DNA from: Candidatus Woesebacteria bacterium
GTDB lineage: Bacteria; Patescibacteriota; Microgenomatia; UBA1400; UBA12108
Reading direction: 5' to 3'
DNA length: 36,200 nt
Assembly: GCA_031972135.1 (NCBI GenBank)
Contig: DALYFH010000004.1
Location: 228-36,427, forward strand
Shown in pieces: positions 9,435-18,156 of this stretch. Numbering within the stretch: the first letter of the stretch is position 1; each line of letters begins with the position of its first letter. The notes below the pieces were generated by a model. The model worked only from the letters and a program-made list of their open reading frames with translations. It was not told where the DNA came from and made no database searches. A program made the position numbers and the translations under genes.

Positions 9435-10130
9435 ATGTCTACCTCTTTGTCGGTTAACCAGTTGCGTGCCTTTGTCGACTCAACTTCAAATCATGGCAAC
9501 CCCACGGGCATTATTCTCGATTTAGAGCAAAACTTTTCCCCCTCGCAGCGACAAACTATCGCGACCAAGCTTCACTTTACTGATACCGTCTTTGTGAACA
9601 GACTCGACTCCTTTATTGTTAGTTTCTTTAACCCTCAACAAGAAACAAAATTCGCCGGCGACGCCTTGATTAGCACTGCCTATTTTTCTAAACATGTATT
9701 AAAGCGAGATCTCTCGCTTGTCTCATGTAGGGGTGGGAATATTTCTACCTGGACAGACGACTCTGATCTAACCTGGATTGAAGCTAGTCTCAGGGGTACT
9801 CCAGGATGGCAGCATCTTGAGCTTCCAGACCCACGCGCGGTCAGGTCTATCACTCCGTCAGAAGCAGCGACCTATAAACATACCATGGTCTGGGCATGGG
9901 AAGACAAAAATCGGGGTACTATCGTCTCTCGCACCTTTCTCCTCGATTGGGGGACCCTCGAAGATCACGGTAATGGTTCTGGCTCGATGCAGCTAGCAGC
10001 CTCACTCGGCCGTCAGATTATGATTAAACAAGCTCAGGGTTCAGTGATATATGCTGCTCCCTCAGAAAATTGCAAGGCTAGGGTGGGCGGTCGAGTGGCA
10101 ATCGACCAAATAGTGACAATTACCGTTTAG
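9435..10130 (+). CDS. PhzF-family isomerase-like protein (compact)
   Basis: 231 aa. N-terminal AFVDSTSNHGNPTGIILD matches the PhzF F..F....GNP..V motif. The segment LHFTDTVFV sits where PhzF has L.SETAF, so Asp replaces the catalytic Glu by eye. The C-terminal GGRV strand is present. Confidence 0.5.
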   Translation: MSTSLSVNQLRAFVDSTSNHGNPTGIILDLEQNFSPSQRQTIATKLHFTDTVFVNRLDSFIVSFFNPQQETKFAGDALISTAYFSKHVLKRDLSLVSCRGGNISTWTDDSDLTWIEASLRGTPGWQHLELPDPRAVRSITPSEAATYKHTMVWAWEDKNRGTIVSRTFLLDWGTLEDHGNGSGSMQLAASLGRQIMIKQAQGSVIYAAPSENCKARVGGRVAIDQIVTITV

Positions 10131-10911
10131 TAGTTCCTTCTGCCATTCCCCACAACACCTCAAAAACTTGTCTTAGCATCTGTGCATATTCTGGGCTCAC
10201 GATTTCGATTCCGACCAGGTCATTTTTGTTATACCCAGAAAACTGCACGACATCGTCAACAATATGAATGTCCTGTGTGATATTAACCAAAGACTTAGAT
10301 ATTTCACGATGCTTATAGTGGTTTTTTAAGTATTTCAAGTTATCTGTCCACAAGCTGTCAGTGCTCGTGGTGTTAGAAAGCTCTCGCACTTGTAAATTTT
10401 TCTTCACTATTCTATGTCGTACATCTTCCGCAAATTCTCTCGAAAGAGACTTGTCCCACTGGTTTGAGTCAAATATAAGAATTTCACCAGATTTAGCCTG
10501 AGTAGTTTTTAGTTCTAAATGTTGTAATCCACGTATGCCTCGATAGAACTTAGTGCTTACTTCTAACGGTTTGGCTAGGTTAATAATCTCGAAATGCTCT
10601 TTCAGATTCGGAAGCATATTTCGCATCTCACTCGCTTGTCGCTCTTTCTCCAAGGCTAGATTTTCAAAATGATCGACCGATGAGGCAGAGTAATACGTAG
10701 TTTTGTCATCCAACTTCTGTTCCACCAATCCCTTCGCCAACAAGCTCTCAAGAATTCTGTACAGTGTGGTCCTTTTTATTGGACATTTCCTAGAAATCTG
10801 CAAAGCTGTCAACCAACCAAAGTTGATCAGTATTAAATATACCCCTACTTCTTTCTCACTCAGGCCAAAAGTAATTAAGATTTTATTTATTTCAGTATTG
10901 TCCACCATCAT
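10120..10911 (-). CDS. TrmB-family transcriptional regulator (paralog 1)
   Basis: N-terminal winged HTH FGLSEKEVGVYLILINFGWLTALQISRKCPIKRTTLYRILESLLAKGLV, a coiled linker, and a C-terminal domain shared with the 3 paralogs (FYRGIRGL ... VFEVLWGMAE). The ORF track starts at a TTG (10920). I prefer ATG 10911, which has TAAAAT 8 nt upstream. Confidence 0.7.
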   Translation of the reverse strand: MMVDNTEINKILITFGLSEKEVGVYLILINFGWLTALQISRKCPIKRTTLYRILESLLAKGLVEQKLDDKTTYYSASSVDHFENLALEKERQASEMRNMLPNLKEHFEIINLAKPLEVSTKFYRGIRGLQHLELKTTQAKSGEILIFDSNQWDKSLSREFAEDVRHRIVKKNLQVRELSNTTSTDSLWTDNLKYLKNHYKHREISKSLVNITQDIHIVDDVVQFSGYNKNDLVGIEIVSPEYAQMLRQVFEVLWGMAEGTTKR

Positions 10912-10917
10912 GGACAA
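10898..10917. promoter_or_regulatory. Candidate operator: inverted repeat TTGTCCA-N6-TGGACAA over the start codon of TrmB paralog 1
   Basis: Perfect 7-bp arms (10898-10904 and 10911-10917). The repeat spans the ATG ATG of the minus-strand regulator gene, inside a 48-bp divergent region. Confidence 0.3.
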
Positions 10918-10959
10918 CAATTTTACAACAGTTATTTGGTGTCGTAAAGTCTGCTCACT

Positions 10960-11904
10960 ATGAAAATAGTTATATTAACACCACGTGACGAGTACACAAA
11001 AACTCAGCAAGAAACACTCTCTACAATGGGGGAGGTTGTCTATACAGACAGTCGACGCGCATATTCGTTACAAGAACTATTAGATCTTACTAGGAATACA
11101 GATCTATTCGCTATAGACCCCGACAATCTTGGTGGATTTGAGCATTCTCCAGAAATAATCATTAAAATCCTCGCGCAAAACACCTCTATCAAGCATTTGG
11201 CTTTGAGCACCACCTCCTACGGCTACGTGAGTAAACAGTACTGTCAAAGTAGAGGAATTCAAGTGACAAACATCCCTCACTACTCCACTCAGTCGGTTGC
11301 AGAGTTGGCAATTTCTATGTTGCTAGGGTGCTCCAAACACATATTTTTAACAGATCGTGAGACTCAAAAAAACAATTATCAGCTCCACATGGGTCAGGAA
11401 GTTGGAGGTAAAACAATAGGAATAATCGGATTAGGTAGTATTGGCCAATGTACGGCTAAGCTGGCCCAGGGTTTGGGAATGAAAGTGATCGGCTGGAATA
11501 GGACGCAAAGAAGAGTAAGCGGAGTAAAAAACGTACCCCTCGACACATTGCTAAAACAATCAGATTTTATCTCGCTCCATCTCTCTGATGCTCCAGAAAC
11601 CGTCAACTTTATCAGTAAAACTCAGTTGTCTCAGTGTAAAAAAGGGGCAATCTTTACCAACGTATCAAGTAGAGATCTAGTTGATGAGGCTGAAATGGCT
11701 AAGGCTCTCAAATCAGGTCAAATAGCTAGCTATATATTCGAAGCCGAAGACTTTACCAATTCACCATTATTAGGTCTCACAAACGCCTTAATGTTTAAGG
11801 GTTTTGGTTGGTATACCAAAGAAGCTCTCGATCGCAACAAGAAGATCTGGGTGAAAAATATCATTTCATTAGTAAAAGGAAATCCGATAAACCAAGTCTA
11901 TTAA
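10960..11904 (+). CDS. D-isomer-specific 2-hydroxyacid dehydrogenase-family protein (catalytic His apparently missing)
   Basis: 314 aa. NAD-binding GKTIGIIGLGSIGQCTAKLAQGLGMKVIGWNR. The Arg/Glu region NVSSRDLVDEAEMAKAL is present. The usual N.(I/L)(L/I)TPH(I/L) segment reads NALMFKGFGWYTKEA. Confidence 0.75.
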   Translation: MKIVILTPRDEYTKTQQETLSTMGEVVYTDSRRAYSLQELLDLTRNTDLFAIDPDNLGGFEHSPEIIIKILAQNTSIKHLALSTTSYGYVSKQYCQSRGIQVTNIPHYSTQSVAELAISMLLGCSKHIFLTDRETQKNNYQLHMGQEVGGKTIGIIGLGSIGQCTAKLAQGLGMKVIGWNRTQRRVSGVKNVPLDTLLKQSDFISLHLSDAPETVNFISKTQLSQCKKGAIFTNVSSRDLVDEAEMAKALKSGQIASYIFEAEDFTNSPLLGLTNALMFKGFGWYTKEALDRNKKIWVKNIISLVKGNPINQVY

Positions 11905-11985
11905 TTTAAGTTACCCCGCTCTTGTGGGCCTCTTGCTTGTGCTTCCCTCAGCAATCTATCTCTCCAATCAAATCAAGTCAGAAGC

Positions 11986-12792
11986 CTAAGTCTTTCTCTC
12001 AAACCCCCTATATTTCTCCGGCAATTTAGAATTCTCCGCCAGGTTCCATAGTGTATTCCAGATACTCCGCTGTGTCTCTGCCATTTTCTCATTCTCTATC
12101 TCCACTCCAAACACATCGTTGTTCTCCCAGTAATAAATGGCGACCACATTGTTATAAATATCCAGGTTGTGCGAAAGCTTCATGACCGAGTCGGGTAGAT
12201 ATCTCCAGCCACTTTTGTTTATATGGATACGCTCAAATCCAGGCGCGTCCATACTCTTCAGAAACTCGTCACTACGCAAGTCCTTGGTGACTATCCCATT
12301 CTTTTCTATCTGAGTAACCCATTGTTTAAAGAACGCGACCCCCGCGACCTCTTCCATATTCCGGTAGGTATATCCTAGGATCTCTCCCTTCGCTTTTGTC
12401 TCATTCCACATGATCTGCTTGATCCCTGCAATTCCTCGGTAGTATCTGACCTGTGTCGACTTGATCTCTGGCAGTTGCGAGATCTCTTTCTCAAACTCGG
12501 GAAAATTTTCTTCAAGCTCTTTTACTCTGCGCTTTTCTTGCTCGACCATCAGCTTTACTTGCTCTGGCTCTGCGGCCCGTATCCGCCTAGATTTATGCTC
12601 TAGAACCTCTTCAATTAATCCTCGCTCTGCGAGTGTCTCTATTTGCCTATAAAGTGCCGTCCGCTCTATTCCCGTGGCTCTACTGGCCTCTAGGATAGTC
12701 AGAGGACCTTTTGCCACGAGCACCCCAAACAGTCGCACTGCCTCTTCATCAAACCCCAATTTACTCAAATAATCCTCAATAGTTTTACTCAT
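11986..12792 (-). CDS. TrmB-family transcriptional regulator (paralog 2)
   Basis: wHTH LGFDEEAVRLFGVLVAKGPLTILEASRATGIERTALYRQIETLAERGLI. Shared C-terminal motifs YYRGIAGI and IWNTLWNLAE. TATAAT (12801-12806, minus strand) lies 8 nt upstream of the ATG. Confidence 0.75.
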   Translation of the reverse strand: MSKTIEDYLSKLGFDEEAVRLFGVLVAKGPLTILEASRATGIERTALYRQIETLAERGLIEEVLEHKSRRIRAAEPEQVKLMVEQEKRRVKELEENFPEFEKEISQLPEIKSTQVRYYRGIAGIKQIMWNETKAKGEILGYTYRNMEEVAGVAFFKQWVTQIEKNGIVTKDLRSDEFLKSMDAPGFERIHINKSGWRYLPDSVMKLSHNLDIYNNVVAIYYWENNDVFGVEIENEKMAETQRSIWNTLWNLAENSKLPEKYRGFERKT

Positions 12793-12853
12793 CTGTGCAC
12801 ATTATACACAACAAGTATCCAACATTTCCTGAGTAGATATATAATCTGTGCAT

Positions 12854-13702
12854 ATGACTTGGTTAATTCTTGCCCTAATGGCTCTCGTTACATTCGTAAT
12901 ATATGACGTTCTTGGTCGTTACATTGCCACAAGATCAGAAAATCCTCAAGTATTTGCCACTATCTACAACGCGAGCGTCGCCATCATCGCCCCCATACTC
13001 TTTGTATTTGATAACACCACTCCCTCTAATCTCGCACCCCAAGTAATCGGCCTTACTGTGGTTGGACTTATTTTGTGGGGATTACACGGTAGGTATGAGT
13101 ATTTCGCCAAAAAGCACACTGAGGCATCGGTTTTTACCATTACCATGAAAATCGCTCCAGTGATAAATTTTTTCTTATCCTTATACTTTCTCAAAGAAGC
13201 AGCCACTATTACTAAGTTTATTGGAATTACTCTCATAATCGTTGCAAATTTATTGCTTTATCTCGGGAACAAGGGCAGGATTATTAGCAAGCAGGGGCTT
13301 CGATATACTCTATTTCTCGCCATTAACATTTCCTTTGCCTGGTTATTCGATACCATCAATATCAAATATTGGGGAGTTGCCACATTTAGCATTATTTCAT
13401 TCGCCTTCGGAGCGCTTATTAGTGGGACATTCCCTCTGGTAAAGATATCCGACATTCGCCGTGAAATAGTCCTCACTCCTCTTTGGCAGTTCTTTCTCTT
13501 GGGGAGCTTCAATCTGATAGGCTATGCTTTCATGCTTAAGGCACTTTCACTCGGCCCAGCTAGCAATGTGATGCCAATTGTTACCTCGACCACTCCATTT
13601 GTGGTTTTGGCTGGCATTATTTTCCTAGGCGAAAGAGACTATCTCTGGAGAAAGCTTTTTGCCGCGATTCTTACCGCCATCGCAGTCTACCTCATGCGCT
13701 AA
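12854..13702 (+). CDS. EamA/DMT-family transporter
   Basis: About 282 aa, about 10 TM. The ORF track starts at GTG 12848. ATG 12854 lies 8 nt downstream of TATAAT (12840-12845). Confidence 0.6.
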   Translation: MTWLILALMALVTFVIYDVLGRYIATRSENPQVFATIYNASVAIIAPILFVFDNTTPSNLAPQVIGLTVVGLILWGLHGRYEYFAKKHTEASVFTITMKIAPVINFFLSLYFLKEAATITKFIGITLIIVANLLLYLGNKGRIISKQGLRYTLFLAINISFAWLFDTINIKYWGVATFSIISFAFGALISGTFPLVKISDIRREIVLTPLWQFFLLGSFNLIGYAFMLKALSLGPASNVMPIVTSTTPFVVLAGIIFLGERDYLWRKLFAAILTAIAVYLMR

Positions 13703-13722
13703 TTTCGTTTATAATATCCTCA

Positions 13723-14457
13723 ATGCAAGATTCCTATCCGAAAATATTCGAAGATAAGTCAAACATTATGTTTGTCTTTGCCCACCCCGATGACGCCGAG
13801 ATCTACTGTGGCGGATTGATTACACGCCTCGTACAAGATGGCAAAAAAGTCAAACTAGTCAAAATGACGACAGGCAACAAAGGTTCTCGCGCTCAACAAA
13901 TAACAGAGGAAGAGCTAGCCAAAACTCGCGAATCCGAAGATCAAGAAGCCCTCAAAACTCTCGGCCTAACGTTAAACGATAGCGTTAATCTGAATCTCGG
14001 CGATGGAGAGATAGAGAATAATCTAAGGACTATTGGCCTACTGGTCAAAGAAATCCGCACTTTTAAGCCTGACTTAATAGTCACCCACAACCCCGAAAAA
14101 ACTCTAATCCGTGATCTAGACGGGGGATACTACGTCAACCACCGCGACCACAGACACACAGCCGAAGTGGCTGTCGATGCCGCCTATCCCTACAGTCGAG
14201 ATCTTCTTTTCTACCCCGAACACATAAAAGAAGGGCTCTCGGGTCACTCCTGTTCAGAGTTTCTTTTTGTCGACTCGTGGGGACACGAAGATACGATTTA
14301 TATTGATATTACCGATCAAGAGAAGATCCGGACCCAGGCGATCGCGTGCCACAAATCTCAATATTCTCAAGAGAATGCTCAAGGCTCCACTGACTTTTTT
14401 GCCCCAGATAAAGATGGGAAGCGCTATGAACAATTTCGCTATGTCGTCGCCGACTGA
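13723..14457 (+). CDS. PIG-L/LmbE-family N-acetylglucosaminyl deacetylase
   Basis: 244 aa. Zinc-site motifs VFAHPDDAEIYCGG and VNHRDHRHT (H.DH). Confidence 0.85.
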   Translation: MQDSYPKIFEDKSNIMFVFAHPDDAEIYCGGLITRLVQDGKKVKLVKMTTGNKGSRAQQITEEELAKTRESEDQEALKTLGLTLNDSVNLNLGDGEIENNLRTIGLLVKEIRTFKPDLIVTHNPEKTLIRDLDGGYYVNHRDHRHTAEVAVDAAYPYSRDLLFYPEHIKEGLSGHSCSEFLFVDSWGHEDTIYIDITDQEKIRTQAIACHKSQYSQENAQGSTDFFAPDKDGKRYEQFRYVVAD

Positions 14458-14594
14458 TCATTCGTCGCTGGATCAATACCTTCCCAGACTATAACCAAAT
14501 CGCCTGATCAATAACATTCCCATACATATAATATAAACGAGTCTCCACGCTTTCTTTACAATACATTAATAATCTCTTGGTTTATAATTACCTG

Positions 14595-15074
14595 ATGGAC
14601 AGTCAGTACAAATACTCAACCATTAAGAAATATCAACTAAAAGAGCTAGGTTCCGTGTATGCCGAGTGCTTCAATCTAGCAGACATCGGAGAGCACTGGA
14701 GTGATAAAGCTGCAACTGATTTTTTGACCTATTTATGGAAAATACAACCAGACATGTTTTACATTGCATCTTCTGAAGGAAAGATTATTGCTGGAATAGC
14801 TGGAATAATTAAACCCTGGTGCGATGGCAATCACATACATGAGATTGAACTATTTGTTCATCCAGAACACCAAAAAAGAGGAGTGGCCTCCGAACTTACA
14901 AAATTATTAGTTCAAAAAGCCCTAACCACACACTCTATAGTTGAATTTGAGGGCATAGCCGACGGCAAGCTCCATAGCTTCCCCCTCAGTTGGTATAAAC
15001 GTCTCGGCATCAACCCTACTGGCCTAATCCACATATCTGGAAAACCAAATGAAATGTTAAAGAAATTATCTTAG
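14595..15074 (+). CDS. GNAT-family N-acetyltransferase
   Basis: About 159 aa. Acetyl-CoA-binding motif A VHPEHQKRGVASELTKLLV (Q/R..G.A). The track start is TTG 14577. ATG 14595 lies 6 nt downstream of TATAAT (14583-14588). Confidence 0.7.
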   Translation: MDSQYKYSTIKKYQLKELGSVYAECFNLADIGEHWSDKAATDFLTYLWKIQPDMFYIASSEGKIIAGIAGIIKPWCDGNHIHEIELFVHPEHQKRGVASELTKLLVQKALTTHSIVEFEGIADGKLHSFPLSWYKRLGINPTGLIHISGKPNEMLKKLS

Positions 15075-15103
15075 AAATTCCATTGAATCGATAAACCAAA
15101 ACA

Positions 15104-15682
15104 CTACCACGCAAGACGTCTTTTTCTCCCCAAGATCATCACGACGCTCACTATATTTATTATAAAAATGTATATCGGAAAGACTAGATTACTAAGAGAA
15201 AATACTCCAATCGACAAAATACTAAAGAAACTTGCCACGACATCTGACATATAAAATTTCCACTCTTCTGTGTCTGGATACTTCCACATCTTAATCAAGG
15301 TTGGTACAAAGCCAATAAAATCCGTCACAATCGACATAATCAAGCCTAATAGAGGATTATTGGTCGTTTGCCATACGATCAAAGACACTATCGCCATCGC
15401 AAAAACAATCCAATCTAGCCGATTGTTTCCACCCATTCCTCGCTTGAGAGATAGATAAAAAAGAACAGCACTCCCCAGGAGTTGTGCGCTCGCCATATAA
15501 ATAGAATTTCGGTCGCCTTGAGCATACAGGGTTCCAACAAATAAGAGAGATACCAGGAAAATAAGGAATCTAGTCATTCTCTGGGGTCGGAAACTCCCCT
15601 TAATCACACTAGTCACGCCGATAATTGGCGACACAAATCCTACAACTATTGAGAATATTAAAAATAAATTAGTGGTAATCAT
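15104..15682 (-). CDS. 7-TM membrane protein with 3+1+3 internal-repeat topology (SWEET/PQ-loop-like?)
   Basis: 192 aa with seven hydrophobic segments. The loops after TM1 (SVIKGSFRPQRMTRF) and TM5 (TLIKMWKYPDTEEWKF) resemble each other, which suggests an internal duplication. Gene call is fair; family assignment is weak. Confidence 0.55.
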   Translation of the reverse strand: MITTNLFLIFSIVVGFVSPIIGVTSVIKGSFRPQRMTRFLIFLVSLLFVGTLYAQGDRNSIYMASAQLLGSAVLFYLSLKRGMGGNNRLDWIVFAMAIVSLIVWQTTNNPLLGLIMSIVTDFIGFVPTLIKMWKYPDTEEWKFYMSDVVASFFSILSIGVFSLSNLVFPIYIFIINIVSVVMILGRKRRLAW

Positions 15683-15691
15683 AAACAGTTA

Positions 15692-16042
15692 TTAAGCTCG
15701 ATTTTGTAGACGAACAATTTCAGCTCTCCCAAGCATACAGTAATCTTGAGCTCGTTTTAAGAGAAATCCCCCATGATTCATCCAGGTCTCAGAAGATATT
15801 CCCAATTGTGCAGATTGTATATCAACACTCTCAACTAACTTAGCTAAAATACTCACCAACTCTAATATCGAGTAATATCTCATAGCACCATGTGCTTCTA
15901 GATCAGGCTCTAGCTTTTTGCGTGACTCAAAATCAATTCGTTTTATTGCCATGCCACCAACAAGCATTAAATCCTGTACATCATTTAATAATCCTTCTTG
16001 CCCAGGTATCAGATTCAATAATGGTTTATCTAATTCAGTCAT
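15692..16042 (-). CDS. Hypothetical protein (116 aa), no recognisable family
   Basis: I moved the start to ATG 16042 (MTELDK...) because AGGAGG lies 4 nt upstream on the minus strand. The gene is 9 nt upstream of the 7-TM gene and probably cotranscribed with it. Confidence 0.55.
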   Translation of the reverse strand: MTELDKPLLNLIPGQEGLLNDVQDLMLVGGMAIKRIDFESRKKLEPDLEAHGAMRYYSILELVSILAKLVESVDIQSAQLGISSETWMNHGGFLLKRAQDYCMLGRAEIVRLQNRA

Positions 16043-16093
16043 AACTCCTCCTTTTTCTTGCATTCTGTCACAAACCTGCTAATATTCAATCTG

Positions 16094-16903
16094 ATGTCCG
16101 AAAAAACAGACACTATCATTTCTCTCCTCACCCAGTTTGGAGTGAGTGAGGTAGAAGCCAAAATATACCTGGAGATTTTATCGGGAAAGGCAGATACCGC
16201 TCTCTCGATTTCTCGCAATATTAAACTAGCAAGAACAAAGGTGTATAGATTATTAGACAATTTGCTAGTTAAAAAATTAATCGTGACCATGGTAGGGGAG
16301 CGGGGAATGCGCTTTGTCGCCTCGCCTCCCGACCAGCTCGACTTCCTCCTTTTAGATTGTGAGCACGAACTAGAGAAGCTCCGCCACACTCTCCCTACGC
16401 TCCAATCCGAATTATCGGGCTTAAGTGGAGTATCTCCCAAGTCACAAGTTCTCTACTATCATGGTGAGGATGGTCTCAAACAAGTCACGTACAACTCTTT
16501 AAAAGCAAAAGGAGAACTCCTTACCTACGAACTCTCAACTATGAATGCTTTTATGGATCAGGTAGAAGCCGAGAAACTAAGACAGCGATTTGTTAACAAC
16601 AAAATCAAGATCCGCACTCTTACCAATGCTAATAAAGTAGAGCCATATACCAATGTCACCGATCTTGTAGAAAAATATTGGGACATCCGGCACCTCAATC
16701 CCAAGGACAAACCCTTCCAGTTTGAGATCCTCATCTACAACGACGTTTATTGTATGTATAAATACTCGGGGAATGACATTTTTTGTGTCGAGATACACTC
16801 ACAAGAACTCGCCGATATGCAGCGCCAGCTTTTTGAATATCTATGGTCTGGAGCCAAAAAATTCAAAATCCTAGACTCTCAAGGAACTGCTGAGCTAGGA
16901 TGA
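16094..16903 (+). CDS. TrmB-family transcriptional regulator (paralog 3)
   Basis: wHTH FGVSEVEAKIYLEILSGKADTALSISRNIKLARTKVYRLLDNLLVKKLI. Shared motifs YYHGEDGL and LFEYLWSGAK. I moved the start to ATG 16094, which has TGcTAATAT 8 nt upstream and avoids overlapping the divergent gene. Confidence 0.7.
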   Translation: MSEKTDTIISLLTQFGVSEVEAKIYLEILSGKADTALSISRNIKLARTKVYRLLDNLLVKKLIVTMVGERGMRFVASPPDQLDFLLLDCEHELEKLRHTLPTLQSELSGLSGVSPKSQVLYYHGEDGLKQVTYNSLKAKGELLTYELSTMNAFMDQVEAEKLRQRFVNNKIKIRTLTNANKVEPYTNVTDLVEKYWDIRHLNPKDKPFQFEILIYNDVYCMYKYSGNDIFCVEIHSQELADMQRQLFEYLWSGAKKFKILDSQGTAELG

Positions 16904-16950
16904 TGTAAAAGCGCAACACAACAATTCGAGTATTAAGTTTTCAGCTGACG

Positions 16951-18141
16951 TTAGTTAGTAGTTTTGACATGCAATAATCGATATCCCAGATACGGCACCA
17001 TCATAATACTGAGTAAACCAAGTAGGCTATATATTAGCCTCGTGTCCCCGTACTTGCCCATGACCAGTCCAGCCAAGACTACCCCCAAGATATAGATAAC
17101 ACTAATTGCCATAGATAAGGCAGAGATCGCAGTTGCCCGATATTTAGAAGAAAAAACCGCATTCGTATATTTACCAAGTAGTATCCACCGAGCTGTCGAG
17201 GCCATCATCGCCATCCCCACAAACGGGACTCCCCAGTATCCCTGTAGCCACCACCCAGGTAGGAGTGCCATAGACATAATGATCGGAAAGAATATTATTG
17301 TCCGGCGAAAATCAAATAACTTTTCTTGTGTCAAAAGCTTAGCTATCACAACCACATTGACCAGTCTAAGTGCTGCCGCAATCATCCCACGCTCTTCTCC
17401 GCCAAAACCGAGGGTAATCAGCATCGAATCATTAAAATAGGTGGCACATAGCCAGGTAATCGACCCAACCGCTATGTAGTACAGCGACATGTCACGGTGC
17501 TTTTGGGACTTAAACGCTTCTATCGCTCCCCACTTTATCTGGCGCAGGTAATTACGCAAACCAAACTTCTCACTATCTATTGTTGGCTCAACAAAGCGTG
17601 TGGCGTATATCCCTGCACACAATACCGCAAAAGACGAAGCTAGGTATGGCAGGGCCACCCACCAGCTCGCCATAAACCCACCGAGCAGTGTCCCAGTCAT
17701 TAGTCCTATCTGGAACCACTTTCCCATTTTTGCCATCACTGACTGAAACTCCGACTCTCGTTTTTCTTGTTTGAGCGAGTCATATACCAGTGCCTCGAGC
17801 GACCCAGAGCGCAGAGCCTCAGCAGTCCCAGACAAAACTGAGAGGATAGCAAATTGGGGGAATGTAATCGCAAATGCAAACAACCCATATTGCACAAAGT
17901 CGATGATGTGACCCAAAATAACAGTTTTCCGTCTCCCGATTAGGTCAGCTAGCGCTCCCGTTGGCAACTCTAGGATGAGCTGGGTGGCAAATCCGATTGC
18001 AAGATACATTGAGATCTGCGGGATAGTTATTCTCTCTTGTAGATATGCAATCCAGACGGGGATCGTAAAAACCAAACTCCTAAACCCCTCGGTATAAAAG
18101 AAGGTTTGTATATTCCGGTCTGCTATCTTGGTTATTGCCAT
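16951..18141 (-). CDS. MFS transporter (paralog of 7187-8371)
   Basis: 396 aa, about 12 TM. Motif A-like GALADLIGRRKTV. TACAAT (18149-18154, minus strand) lies 7 nt upstream of the ATG. Confidence 0.75.
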   Translation of the reverse strand: MAITKIADRNIQTFFYTEGFRSLVFTIPVWIAYLQERITIPQISMYLAIGFATQLILELPTGALADLIGRRKTVILGHIIDFVQYGLFAFAITFPQFAILSVLSGTAEALRSGSLEALVYDSLKQEKRESEFQSVMAKMGKWFQIGLMTGTLLGGFMASWWVALPYLASSFAVLCAGIYATRFVEPTIDSEKFGLRNYLRQIKWGAIEAFKSQKHRDMSLYYIAVGSITWLCATYFNDSMLITLGFGGEERGMIAAALRLVNVVVIAKLLTQEKLFDFRRTIIFFPIIMSMALLPGWWLQGYWGVPFVGMAMMASTARWILLGKYTNAVFSSKYRATAISALSMAISVIYILGVVLAGLVMGKYGDTRLIYSLLGLLSIMMVPYLGYRLLHVKTTN

Positions 18142-18156
18142 GAGAGTTATTGTAAC

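Noticed and set aside
16039-16440. 133-aa minus-strand ORF overlapping TrmB paralog 3
   Set aside because: It is antisense to a well-supported wHTH regulator. The real minus-strand gene here is the 116-aa ORF ending at 16042, which has its own Shine-Dalgarno.
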